Assembly: GCA_002633005.1 (NCBI GenBank)
Contig: NMRA01000145.1
Span: 213,898-277,897 of the forward strand
Direction of reading: 5' to 3'
Length of the DNA: 64,000 bases
From: Phoronis australis
Lineage: Eukaryota > Animalia > Phoronida
Below, one piece after another: positions 35,891 to 48,614 of the stretch (the first letter of the stretch is position 1; each line of letters begins with the position of its first letter). The notes under the pieces were generated by a model that did not search any database, was not told the DNA's origin, and saw nothing but the letters and a program-made list of their open reading frames with translations. The translations under genes were made by a program, and so were the position numbers.

Positions 35891-36789
35891 CATAGGCGGA
35901 TTTAGGGGGGGGGGGGGCGGTGTGTGCAGTTTTAGTGTTTGGGGGGGGGGCTCAAACCCAATTTCAAGTGTCAAATTCGGAACACGGCACATTCGTAACG
36001 GAGCTATGGCTAAGTATAGGTTCTCCCGCGATATCCCAGGCGACCGGCAGTGGCGCCTACGACTCCGTTTTCGTCGTCTGCTCCACTGTGCAATGAAGAA
36101 AATTTACTTCATTTTTTAAAGAGAATGCAACCTGAGTGACGATGGAAAAACAGAAGCTGCTGGTAAGATGATAATTTTAATCGAAGCCTTAGTGTATCAC
36201 TCAGAAACTTGCAATACTCTCTTTGTCAAACCTTATCTTAAGACGATTTCCAAAGCAATCCCGTCATTATTGCCAACAAGAAAAACGGATTTGGTCTTTT
36301 GGGCATTTGAAGACTATTTTAAATACGACAAATTTGTTAACAATTGATGGCACAAAATATAAAACGTGTAATAAGCATTACGAAAAGAAGTAGGTTTCGC
36401 GCGCAAACGCTGTGGACCATAAACAAGTAGGTCTTTTAGTATGGAATTTGTAGTTAATCGTGGTGGTGTTGTGGTAACGCACGCGCTCTCTATCCGCCAG
36501 GTCGTGACTACGAGTCTCTGGTACGTTCAGTTTTCCTGTTTGACACGTTCTCCGTATAATGTTTTTTTTTTCCTTTTTTTCTTGGATAATACTTCAGGAA
36601 TCAAGGAAAATGCTTGATTTTTAGAGGTAAAAACAGAAAAATTTCCTGAGCGGGAGGGGGGCAAACCCCCCTTCCGACCTCCCCCCATTCGGTGCTATGC
36701 GCATCTACAATCGTGGTTCAGTTTGCGCAAATGCTTACAGCCGGACAAAATGTTGGGCCCCCCCTTGTGATATCCTAGATCCGCCACTG
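35891..36789. mobile_element. CA..TG short-TIR non-autonomous element, copy 2 (899 bp), 5-bp TSD TGATA
   Basis: tgata|cataggcggattt ... agatccgccactg|tgata; internal sequence matches 7919-8676 including the tRNA-like cassette. Confidence 0.8.
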
Positions 36790-37429
36790 TGATAAGTAAC
36801 CTAAATCAAAATTCGTTTTTTGACAGGGCGCTCGGGTTTACTGGCACATTAAACTTGAAATTTCGAGCTGAGACACAAAATCAAGCAAATAGTGGTTTGC
36901 TGAGATTAGCGCGCAATCAACCGTTTTCTTAACTGACCTAAATCACGCTCTTTGAACGTCAGTACTTTAATTAAATAGTACAATCACTAACCTTGATTTT
37001 AGCGAATGTGTGGCAGACCATGGCGAGAATTCGCCATTCGAAATAAAATCATAAAAACAACAGATTCCATTGTTTTATAGCTCTGGTCAAGGCTAAGAAC
37101 TTCAAAAAGTCTATCCCACCCAGCAATAGTAACAAACATTCACTTTTCGGCTGTAAAAGTGATAATGGATCATCAAATGCGAACTAGGTAGAAAGTATTC
37201 ATTAATTAAACCGAAATATACTCGTGGCCACACTGAATCGTACACTACTTCGAGTAGAACAAAAAAGGCAAAAATAATTCAGAGTTCAAGTTCATAGATT
37301 AGACCCAGGGCCGAGATCGAATCTTGACCAAAGTTCTAATATAATGAATGGACAACTTTGCGCTTTCGCTTACGTCCTAAAATGGTTGTGAGGTTAGTTC
37401 TGAGTCCGTTCGTGCTCGGTGAGATTATT

Positions 37430-38254
37430 TGTAGGAAGCTAAAAATTTTACCATTTCATCATAAAACTTAATTCGTCTTCAACCCACCAGAAATTAAAAC
37501 AACAAAAACTATTCCTTTCTATCAACGGTGTTCCCATTGAGAATGTTGACAAGTTTAAGTACTTGGGCCTTATTTTAGATCCCAATCTTAAATTTAATCT
37601 GCACATAGATCATATCACAAAGAAATTATGAAAGGAAATCGGTGTACTTAAACGTCTAAGCAAATTTCTTAATGTCAGTACTCTTAAGACCCTTTACCAT
37701 TCTATTATTCAGCCTCATATTGATTATTGTTTATCGGTTTGGGGGCACACTAGTGACACACTTGTCAGCAAAGTCCAAGTAATCCAAAATAGAGCCGCCA
37801 GGGCTATCCTGGGTACTAGAATTAGGGACACTAGGGTTGACGACTTGTATTCCAAGCTCGAATTCTCTTAGCCCAGAAATTAAACGGTCCAATTCAATCA
37901 CTACCTTTAAAGTAAATATTAAAAAGTGGCTGTAATTTACCTAACCTTCTATACCCTGACTGTCTTAATCATGTCATTTTTTCATTGTCGTAAATACTCT
38001 CACTGTCTAGAGTCATCTCTTAATTTATTTCATCTGTCTTAGTTAAATTTTTACCATTATTCGTCATTTAGTTAATGTCTTAATTCTCAACCTGTTTTAA
38101 TTGTATCTTTGTTACGTATATTTCATTGTTGTTTTATTACTTCATTGTATTATATTACTGTTTTTCTTGTTGAGTGCCCTCTTGGAAAGCAGTGCTATCA
38201 CTGAAGAGGCCACCCTCATTTTAAATATCACAATAATAAATAATAAATAAATAA
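37430..38254 (+). mobile_element. 5'-truncated CR1/L2-group LINE 3' end with (TAAA)n tail
   Basis: INGVPIENVDKFKYLGLILDPNLKFNLHIDHITKKL*KEIGVLKRLSKFLNVSTLKTLYHSIIQPHIDYCLSVWG...QNRAARAILG (post-RT region of ORF2, with a stop); AT-rich 3' UTR ending in (aaat)n at ~38235-38254. Confidence 0.85.
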
Positions 38255-41200
38255 ATGCTTTGCTCGATCGCGACTAATCCAACAAGGCGCAGGAGGTCAG
38301 ACCCAACCAGCTGCATGAATAACATGCCCGGAGGAACTGGTTTTAAAATGCGGACACGTTATATCAGACTGCTGCCATTTAGAAGAGTTCCTACTGTCCA
38401 TGGCTTCCACGGCGCAAACAGAATGAGATTGTTACGGTGGAGAAAATGAGTGCGACCTGGATGTCGGGAGGTCTCGTGTTAGCTGCAGTTGAGGCAGTGA
38501 AGAGCACCGACAGCTATTCACGATTCTGACAAAATCACGATGAAACAAAAACAGAAACATAAATAGCCGAAAAGGCAGATTTAAGGGGGGGGGGCATGGA
38601 CCCCCCATTGGTTGCCGCAAGCAAAATGAAACAGCACCAGCGTGAAGCGTGAGGAAATACTGAGTTTAGTAACTAGAACCTAGAACCGGTAGCGGATGAG
38701 GGGAGGCTCAGACTTCAGCGGAATCGTGTCCCCGTTTTTATTTTTTTTTAGTCCTCCACAGATAGATTTTCTGAACAGGAGGTCCACATCCCCGACTCCC
38801 GCAACTTTCAGCCCGCCTGTGCAAATGCAATTGCGCTTTGCCCAGTTCCCCGAGGCAACATGTTGCCCCCTCCCCCTTATGGTATCCTAGAACCACCACT
38901 GTAGCGATAGCCATTCAAAAATTGAACGCTGAACGCAGCCTTTCGCCAAGTGGAAGTCTATTACTCCCTGTTGTTTCGTTCTTTCTCGTTTCCTCCCTTG
39001 AATCAAAAGCGGTTAGTAAACTCGCCTTCCATCACAAAAATAACTTTTGAATTAGACCACTTATCGCTGAAAAATTGGTCCCAAGTTTCCTTAGTAGAAC
39101 TGGAGATGACTTCAGGGCTTTGAAAAAACCGACAGTTCGATCGTCATTCCTCGAGACCTGCCCTTTATAAGTCAAGTTGCCAGTCACGTGGCGTCATTTC
39201 ACGCGCGGAGCATGGCCAAAATAATCTGATTATTTTTACAGTCTTTGTGCACATTCACAGAGATCATTCAACTATATTGTTTTTGTACTATAACCTATTT
39301 CTGGTGTATTATGTAAACAAGCCATATTTTACACCATTAGTCAATGGTTCAGTCATTGAGGCATAAATTTTGCCCAGTCTCAAGTGTTTTGTGTTATTTT
39401 TGTTGCCAGACAATGCCAGAGACCGTAGCGTCTTTGCCTCCTAGTAACATTCAGACTTAGTTTGCATTTCTGCCACTAGGTGTCACTTTACATTTTTTAA
39501 ATTTCACTGTTTACAATTAGTCTACAATAGTAAAACATGTAATGTGAGTGTATTATTGTTCAATACAATGACATCGATGGGACCATGTTCATGTTACTTG
39601 TTTTACAAAAAAGATAGCAAAATCTGTTGTTTTTACAAATATAAGAACTCTAAGCTCTATGATGGTTATTATGCAACTTCAAACTCAAATTTCTCAAAAA
39701 TGTGCAACTTTAAACGTGGGAATTTTTTAGTTTTTGAAAACATTCTAGTAAATGAATTAAAAAACACCAAAATAAAATTGCCCCCCTAAAGTACTCACAA
39801 AAACCATTTTCTAGAAGCCCTACACTGAAATTCTGGCCCACCGCCTATAAAGGAATCACGAACTGTGAGTTCTTTGCAAACCCAGAAATCACAATTCGTC
39901 TGAGTAAAGAACACGTTGATACCAGTTTTTTATCCACAAAAGAACGCTGTTTAGGACGGTACGTGGGTTTATAGCCCCTTTAGTGCCATTCTTTCTTCTT
40001 TCGTTATTTCTGCACTACTTTTTTAAGCCCCTCAGTTTTCCAATTTGTTGTCATTAAAGATGCCCTTTTCTCTTCTTTTCAATTAAAAACGTCACGAAAG
40101 GAATTTGACACCAAATCAATTTAGTTTGAACTAATTTTCAAATTATTCTCTTTCAACACGTAATCAAATGTTATCAAAATAACCAGAATCAAATATGTGA
40201 TTTTCAAAATAATGTTTGAAATTCTGATCGTGCACAAAATGGCTGCCACAGATGAAGAGCACTGAACTCTACTTTATATGACTTGAGCGTAAAAACGCGA
40301 ATGTGTGCATGGCTGTAATTAGCAAAATGTCCCTATTTTCAAAGGGTCAGCCTCCGAAAAGAAAGATTGTCTTTAGCCCAACGTTACCTCTACCAGGTTG
40401 AGAGATGACTTTCTCTTTCTAAATGGAATTTCTTCTCCAGTGGAAGTGGCTATGATAAATTTTAATTTAACATGTTGAATTTCAATGTTTCTTGATAAAT
40501 TTCAATTTACAACCGAAGAGGTGACCATTTGTCCTGCTTTTACGATAATATATCCATCCGCCACACTGCGCTAAGCATGGGTAATTAGTTTGCTATGTGG
40601 ACATCGCAAGCATGTCGATTGTAGTTTACTGTGCCAATAAATTTGAATTTAGGAATCCCAACATATAGAGCAGTCGTAGCCACAAAACCTCTTTCGGGTC
40701 CGCAAGCAGGCAGTTCCATGCGTGTACAATGACACTTACCTTTTAAAAGTGGCGTGTTTTCATTCATATTGGTGCCCAAGTTTTTGCGTCGACGTCCAGT
40801 TGTAAACTGGCCCTCTGAGTGTTGCATTTTAGAAAATCTTAATTATGTAATGCCACGGGTTAAAGCCCAGACTCTGCCCCGTCGCCGTTATATGACGATA
40901 AGCGGACTTTACCACTGAACCAATGGAGTACCCATTACTTGCAAGGTCACATGTAACCATTGATAACAATACTTTTTAGTCGCTATGTGGATATCTGTGT
41001 CACGTAAGCCAAATACTGTGTAAAGATATATATGCCAAACTACACTTATTTTCATACTGTCTAGCCGACATTTCTGGGTGAAGCAACCGAGGTCAATGGC
41101 CCACTCACATAACATTCGTGTAATTTAACATATAGTTACGTTCAAGATTTAACCAACATTTCTCCATTCTATTTTCTTTTCGTCCAGTAACGTGTCAGTG

Positions 41201-42831
41201 CAATAACCCAAACTGTCATTGTACGGCCACATGACACGGTTATTGTACCGGAAAGAAAACAGAGTCGACGGAGAAATGTAGATTAAACATTTAATTGACG
41301 CATTCTGATATGGGTGATGTTATTAGCCTCTGGTGCCGGTCATTGTCGATTGAGAATTTTCACGAGCCGGACGGCCGATTGAAAATACTTACTCGGCGCA
41401 AAAATCTCGGCTAATAACATCATCCGGCACATTAAAACACATTTAGTTTAACATATATTTATCACCAGTGCTTCATAACTGATTGTAATGACACTAATTT
41501 TATCTCGTCAATTTTATTGAGTCACTTGAGCAGCACAGCATGACAAAAAATTTTTCGAACGAATGAAACTTTTTTTAACCTATTGTCTATATAGCGGCAC
41601 TGGGGTACGGACCCGTCTTTTCTACGGTGGGCCTGGAGGGCGTTTGCATACATATGCAAACTTTTCGCCACAGGTTTCATCACTCCACGAACCTAAAATG
41701 GAAAACATTAGATGATTTGATGCGGAACCAAACCTGAGTCACCGTCACTCATGTGTTTTGCTTTAAATAAATTGTGATGACCAGTTGTACTTATGGGTAT
41801 GGAAACAGCAAGCCACACTGAGTAAGATGGGCAAATGAACCTCAGGGACCACAGAATACCTTATTTTTACTAAAAATGACATGAAAAAGGTTCCCTTCAC
41901 CTTTAAGATGAAAGCGTTCAGAGAATCTACGCTGGTTGCTCGGCCTAAAAGCGGGTCAGTATATTCGACAATGAATGCGACCATCGTTGACCCGACGACA
42001 TCGAGGTCGGTCAAATAAGCCGAGTTTTGGTGTTCAAGAATTGTAATTATTTTAGTATCCAAATGGTTGACATACAGTGGCGGTGTGACGTCAGCTGCTG
42101 CAGAANNNNNNNNNNNNNNNNNNNNNNNNNNNNNNNNNNNNNNNNNNNNNNNNNNNNNNNNNNNNNNNNNNNNNNNNNNNNNNNNNNNNNNNNNNNNNNN
42201 NNNNNNNNNNNNNNNNNNNNNNNNNNNNNNNNNNNNNNNNNNNNNNNNNNNNNNNNNNNNNNNNNNNNNNNNNNNNNNNNNNNNNNNNNNNNNNNNNNNN
42301 NNNNNNNNNNNNNNNNNNNNNNNNNNNNNNNNNNNNNNNNNNNNNNNNNNNNNNNNNNNNNNNNNNNNNNNNNNNNNNNNNNNNNNNNNNNNNNNNNNNN
42401 NNNNNNNNNNNNNNNNNNNNNNNNNNNNNNNNNNNGGGGCGAATGCACAAAGCATAGGCCTTAAACAAATCCCGTTTACCGTTTTTTTTGTAGTAAGGTT
42501 CACAAACCCAAAAATTCGAGACCCCGGCATTCGTACATTTTAGACTGGGCATGTGGCGAAATTCTGCCGGTTATTCCTGTGCCCTGCCCCCCAACTCAAA
42601 ATCCTGGATCCGCTCCCGGGCCCTACCGCAATATCTAGTCATCACTTGCATTCTCTTCCAAAAGTACGCTTTTTGACACATATCACTTAATGGCAACTAT
42701 GCAATGCCCTGGCATCGCGCATTACTCTCATTGTCTTATTTATGTATCAGGTCACGTGAACACAACCTATTAAAAAAGAGTTGTCAGACTTCAAACGCGA
42801 TTCTGTCTTTGCAGACAACTAGATCTCTTAC

Positions 42832-45825
42832 CGTCATCTGACTGCAGCGCCACACACAGGTGTGTGTTGTGCTTGTCATCCGGTTGATCAGTCGCCCATC
42901 TGGTGAAGTTCACAGCTGCCCCATCATCCCACTCGTAGCCACTTATAAGTTTGTTCAAACCGATCCACTGTTTTCTTTCGTGCTCCAGCTATAAAAAGTA
43001 ATGTTGTTACTGGGCCGTATTATGGAGTCGATGACGATGACGATGATGTGGAACACTAATGTAGGTTCAGTGAAAATGATGATGGTGCAGGTGGTGACGG
43101 TGGTCTGAGAAGAGCCGTTTAACTTCGGCCGTCGGCTTGTGTCAAGGAGCTGGTGCGCGCTGTACCGGAAAATTTTCCCAAAGTACGCACATGGTGTATT
43201 TTTGGCAACTGTTTGTATTTTTGAAAATCTTATGGATTGCTCTAAATACGTATGTTCAGTAAACTTTGTTTATTCTAGCAAGACAATTTTTTGAGGATCG
43301 CGGTATCACTCAAATGACTATCATTTGGTTAGTAAGGAACCGTATTAGCACAGTATGAACGACAGTTTACCTAAAATATGACCGAGTTATATTCGGTTTC
43401 ATTTGACGTTTTTGAAAGGTCGTTTTCCGAATATCCACCCATAGGGCTATTTTTGGAAATTCCCGTTACGAAAACGCATGGTTACGGTGGTGACTGATAC
43501 GCCTCCAATGCCAAATTTCAAAAAGGCTATTTTTTGTATACTCTATATTTTTTATATAGCTCTATAAGCTATGACATCACCATGATGCCACTTTAAAAAA
43601 AAACTGCTCACCTTCGTTAGTACGTTTTGGAATCTTTTGTCGCGGAAATACTGTAGGATATTTTTAATTTAAACGTTAGCACCTGTTTAGAGATAAAATC
43701 ATTCTCTTGTACTGAGTGTATTCCAACGAGATAGGCTCCATGAAGGAGACACCATGCCCGTGCACCGAACCAGCTCAGCACGCTGTCACCAGGGGGCGAT
43801 ATGTTGGGTGAAATGAAGTAACACCAGTCGTTAAATCTCCTCCAGCCGTCATCACAAGGCAAACCTGGAACACCTAGGGAATTAAATGTATAAATGAATT
43901 ACGTTCGTTCTGAATGTAACTTTTCGGCTTTTTGATTGAAAAATAATAACAGCTTTCAAATAAAAATTGTTCAAATGTGTTACGTAAGTAAAACAACTAA
44001 TTGCTTTTAACATTTTATACCTATTCGTGCTTATACATTTGAGCATTACCAGAGGTGGTAATCGATCTCTTAGCAAGGGCGCAGAATTTTTACCTCGGAG
44101 CAGAATCCTTACCACGAGAGCGGAAATTTGACAAAACACCAATCATGGTACGGCAACAATTCAAGTAGATCTGATGAGCATAGTATTGTTTTTAAACCCG
44201 TAAATGCTAGGTATAAATATTAAACATTGACAGCGGAAAATATCTCTTTAATATTGCAAAGTTCTTATAGTTTCAGGAAAAGAAGGGAATTCGCGGATGG
44301 AAAGAAATGTTTTTTTTTTAAGTTGAAGAAATGGTTGTAATGCCTTTTTGTTCAATGTTGGAAAATATTAAACCATTTCTGGTTGTTTTTCCTAAAGATG
44401 CTCCTTTATTTTTGTAATTCTAAAATAATTGATCGTCTATCCAGTGATAAACACACCAGGAATTCGTATTTTCACCATTGTTATCCGTACTATGAGGCAC
44501 AAAGAAACACAAACTACCGAGATAACATGTTACAATAAAAGTTGTGGCATTACGGGAAGTCCTTTATTCATTATCACCCTCTCTGGCCAGCCAACGACAT
44601 AGGCTGGATCTTTTGATGATAAAAACCAACTTATATACTGAAGCATTCCATACCAAATCACAACGTAAAATTCACGGTCAAGTTCTAGTTTTCTCACATG
44701 ACCTGGAATGTGTTACGACACGACTGGTTTGTAACACCGATTACGTAATTTTTTGATATTACATGGGCAAATCACAAAGTAGTGCAAAGCAGAATTTCAT
44801 ATGCTTTACATTTATCGTCTGCAAAACACTGAAACAAGCAAACGCGAGCCAACCACTGAAACAATGCCGTAAATTCCGAGAAGGTGACAAGGTTATGGTT
44901 GACAAATTGGGTGTCGCAACTGTACGTACTCCCTGTCCAAAGGACATGCAAACAACTTCTTAAACGGACCCATCTTTGGCGACGACTTCCATATCCACGT
45001 TCATTCAAACGGAGCTGAGCTCCAACACAAGAAACGCGGCGAGACTGTTTAGCTGTGGCGTCTCAAGCTAAATTCAGTGCTCACGCGCGGGGAAGCATTG
45101 CTGACTGTCCTTTCTAACTTCAAAGAATATTTCTCAGATTCTAACTCGAATATTTGCTACGAAAGCTGAATGCAATTTACAATTGTTCAGCTTAAAATAA
45201 ACCTATTAACAAAAAGTAACTGACTTACTTTACATTGCGCAAGTGTGTTTTTACAAAATTTGCGTCGTGTGGTTGAAGTTTTAGACACGTCGAGTTTTTC
45301 AGCAAAAAGATCGTTTTTACGGTTCATGTGAGAAAACAAATCCTACACTCGTCTCAGATTGATGACATGGGCAAAACCTCTTGGAAATTTCGTCAAAATC
45401 CCTCGGCAGCCCATGTCATAAATCTGAGACGAGTGTAGGAATCTTTTTTCATTATTCAGTCACTCGCAGTTGTGAAGAAAATGTAGAATTGCCTTTGTCG
45501 AGTCCCCACAGCGCACAGTTTGAATATCAGTACTGCGCATGCGCCTAGGCATGTGCAAATTGGAACCACGGAAGAGGTGATTTTCGAAAAGCAAGTTTCT
45601 TGCGAGTTTGGCAAGTTCACGATGATTAAAAACTGGTGCTTGGCGACTACGCTAGCGACCTAATAGGTACATTTGCAAAAGGGTCGTTACTCAAGTGATT
45701 TGCGGGAATATTGAATTGTGGAAGAAAATTGTACAGAAACTCACCATTCCGTTACTAAAGCAAAGCGACTGACCTTTCACTGTAGTTGCAGACGTTAGCA
45801 CCGCCAGCAGAATTTGCACGATCAT
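42832..45825 (-). CDS. Secreted or membrane C-type lectin domain protein (QPD type), 3' end interrupted by the N-gap
   Basis: Exons 45774-45825 (signal peptide MIVQILLAVLTSATTVK-G), 43683-43864 (LPCDDGWRRFNDWCYF...SWFGARAWC...LVGIHSVQENDFI) and 42832-42988 (QWIGLNK...YEWDDGAAVNFTRWATDQPDD...LCVAL), phases consistent. The last CTLD exon (WND..C) is not seen and may lie in the gap 42106-42435. Confidence 0.85.
44691..45440. repeat. Dispersed repeat ending in a long hairpin; second copy at ~55131-56240
   Basis: Colinear similarity of 44691-45440 with 55131-56240; 32-bp stem tcctacactcgtctcagatt-atgacatgggc / gcccatgtcataaatctgagacgagtgtagga at 45341-45440. Confidence 0.7.
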
Positions 45826-46603
45826 AATCACAACGCGTTTGTAACAATGACACGTGAAGAATGGGTCGTCAAGACTAAACAGTTAAGCCCCAGCGTCCAA
45901 TCTCGTAATTTGAACAAGGAGAGAAAACGTTGTTGTACAATGTAGTGCACGCAAGAGTAAGCAGCCTGGATTTATCTCTACCCATGTCACAATTTACATG
46001 TGGTTTATCAACAACAGGTGAAGATAATGCATTTGGTGTGCAGTGCCAATGTTATATGTTTTTACATGAATGTTAGTACAAAGAAAATTTCTGTGTAGAA
46101 TATTTGGAATTTAGTATATATACTAATGTTCCCACTACTGGACATTGTAAACATTTTCTTAAAAATCCGTTGTTAGAACTGAACTGCGTAAATCCTTTTC
46201 GATTGTAGCGTACGCTTAAACCAAGTCTTTGTTTATCACACGCATGTTAAAAAGACCTGATTGCTTTAGAAGATGATTTTACTGCCATAGAAAAGTAACA
46301 GCTAAAACAGTCGCAGAAACAACAGTGGTGTTTGATTTGAAGGAAAGAGTGACGGTACATGAGCTATGTGGTATAGCCATTGGAAGCGAATATCTTGCAG
46401 TGAATCTCACGGAAGCTTGGAAGTTACTTGTGAGTTGAACATATATGAACCATTTATTTACTCATTTATATTTTTAATAATCTGTTATTAAAAATAATAA
46501 CCAATAGATGAAAGAAAATATACGCAGACAACAAAACATCATGTTCACACACACGCGCGCACCTTCACACACATACGTCATTTAACATGTATGAAATTAT
46601 GGT

Positions 46604-46672
46604 TGAGAGAGAGAAAGAGAGGGAGCGAGGGAGGGAGGGTGGGTGGGAGGGAGAGAGGGTGGGAGGGAGAGA
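46604..46672 (+). repeat. Purine-rich (GA)n/(GGGA/GGGT)n microsatellite, G-quadruplex-capable
   Basis: gagagagagaaagagagggagcgagggagggagggtgggtgggagggagagagggtgggaggg. Confidence 0.7.
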
Positions 46673-48614
46673 CTTTTACTTACATTGAGACCTAATACAA
46701 TGATTAAATAATTACGGTTTAAATTAGGAGGCCTTCTAAAGGTTTTTGACCGCTAATAAGAAGGTCCCCAGTACAAAAATAAAAAAATGGAAATGCAAAA
46801 ATCGATAGGAACAAGAGAATAGGCCAAAACAAGAAGAGGCAAAATTATGAGATATACTTAAGAAAACAAAGCGAATTTAGCACTGAAACGACCTACACGC
46901 CATGAACCAAGAAGTGGACTGGCAAAGCTCAGGAGATTTTGGGAACACAATTTAATACTGTTACATTTGAAGCAATTGGAAATATGACAGATTGGATGGT
47001 AGTTGCTAATTATAAAATTGATTAAGAACATGAACAATGCCTGCAAAGAGTGTGCTTTTATTATATTTAAAGCAGAGACTGGCATGTCGTTGTTCTTAGA
47101 CAAATATGTGGGTTTTCGAGGTTTTTTGGGGTTGTATTTCTTAGCACACAGTAATAGAGATTAAATTGTGTATATCTAGGGATCTTGTGGTCTATACAGC
47201 GTTTATAAATAAATCACTGACAAATACTTATACGGAATTAGTTGCCTCAAAATCAAGTCAATTATACATGAAAATTTTCACATTCCACAAACGTGTGATC
47301 AAAGGTTTCAACAGCTCCACAAGATGTGCACGTGTCCTCACTAACTAATCGCATCTAAACGAGGACAACCAGTCTTTGCACTAAGTCCACAAATACGCTG
47401 GAAATTTAGAGAACACGATTGAACACTAGTATTTGAATGAAAAAAATAATTCCAGGGGTACATTGAACTCTTTATTTCGCTTCGTTTAGTTGATTAAAAA
47501 CGAATTTAAACAAAATAAGACCTTTTACTCTCATAAAATCGGTGTCATAACATTCTTTAGCGTGCCTGGATTCTATTCCCGTTTGCAAGCAAGAACATTG
47601 AAACAGTCAGAATTTATTGTGGTTGACTTACCCTAAAATTAATAATTCGAAAATGGAGCGTGTACACATTGCCTTTGACAAACCAGTTGTCGGTTGAGAC
47701 CCGTTGTTCTAGACCGTTCCGACCGTTCTGTGCAGCCCCAAATTGTCACAACGTCCCAAGTTGTCACAACTTCAAAATTGTGACCACTTGGGTCACAGCT
47801 GCTGGCCCAAAGTGTCAAAATTTGCCCAAATTCTACTACATTGCAGACCTTAATTGTCACAAAGAAATCAATTTCTGCTTCTCAACACTATAAACATTAA
47901 TTCAACTCAGACGTAAAGCGGGTCCTGACAGTTTGCCATAGCTTGAGACTGTACTCGGTACATTAGGTGACTGCTCACGATCAGACACTTGTGATGCTTG
48001 CTTTCAAGCCATGATGAAGTGACAGTTCTTAAAAAGCTAAGAAATCGAGGTTAATTAAACAACTTGAGATGAATTTCATAAAATTTTGTGGTCTATATTA
48101 AACGATCAAAAGTTAATCATGAATCGATAGCTACACATTTACAAAAAATAATTAAAGTTACATATATAAATTCAAATTTATTGAGTAGAAAACAACCATT
48201 AATAAAGCATTAGCAGATTAAAGTCCCTGATTAAAGAGATTTAGCGTTGAAAACCTGGAATAAATCCTTGGTTGACGCAAACGTCAACTGTCAAACATCA
48301 AACAAAATATTTCATAAAGAAAAGCCGGCGGACTACTGGGTCAACCTTACTCTGACGTCGACTGGGGCATATCGGGTACAACATTACAGGGGTCAAGAGA
48401 AGCGTCTCTATAAGTACCTTTGACGAGAAAATTGACGAACTCCTGAAGATCCTCGTCTGTTGGTAGACAAAGTGAAATTGCGGTCTTTTTGAACACCGAA
48501 CAAGGCGGTTTTTCATACTTAGTTAGAGTCATGAATGACAAAAGGTTCTAAGTCTACTCGCTTCGTTTTCTTTACTGTTTTTTTAGTCACTAAAAGGAAT
48601 TACACACCACGGAG

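Noticed and set aside
41763-42552. Five long ORFs (133-255 aa) in the ORF track
   Set aside because: Their length comes from the 330-N gap; only the 41901-42105 segment may be coding.
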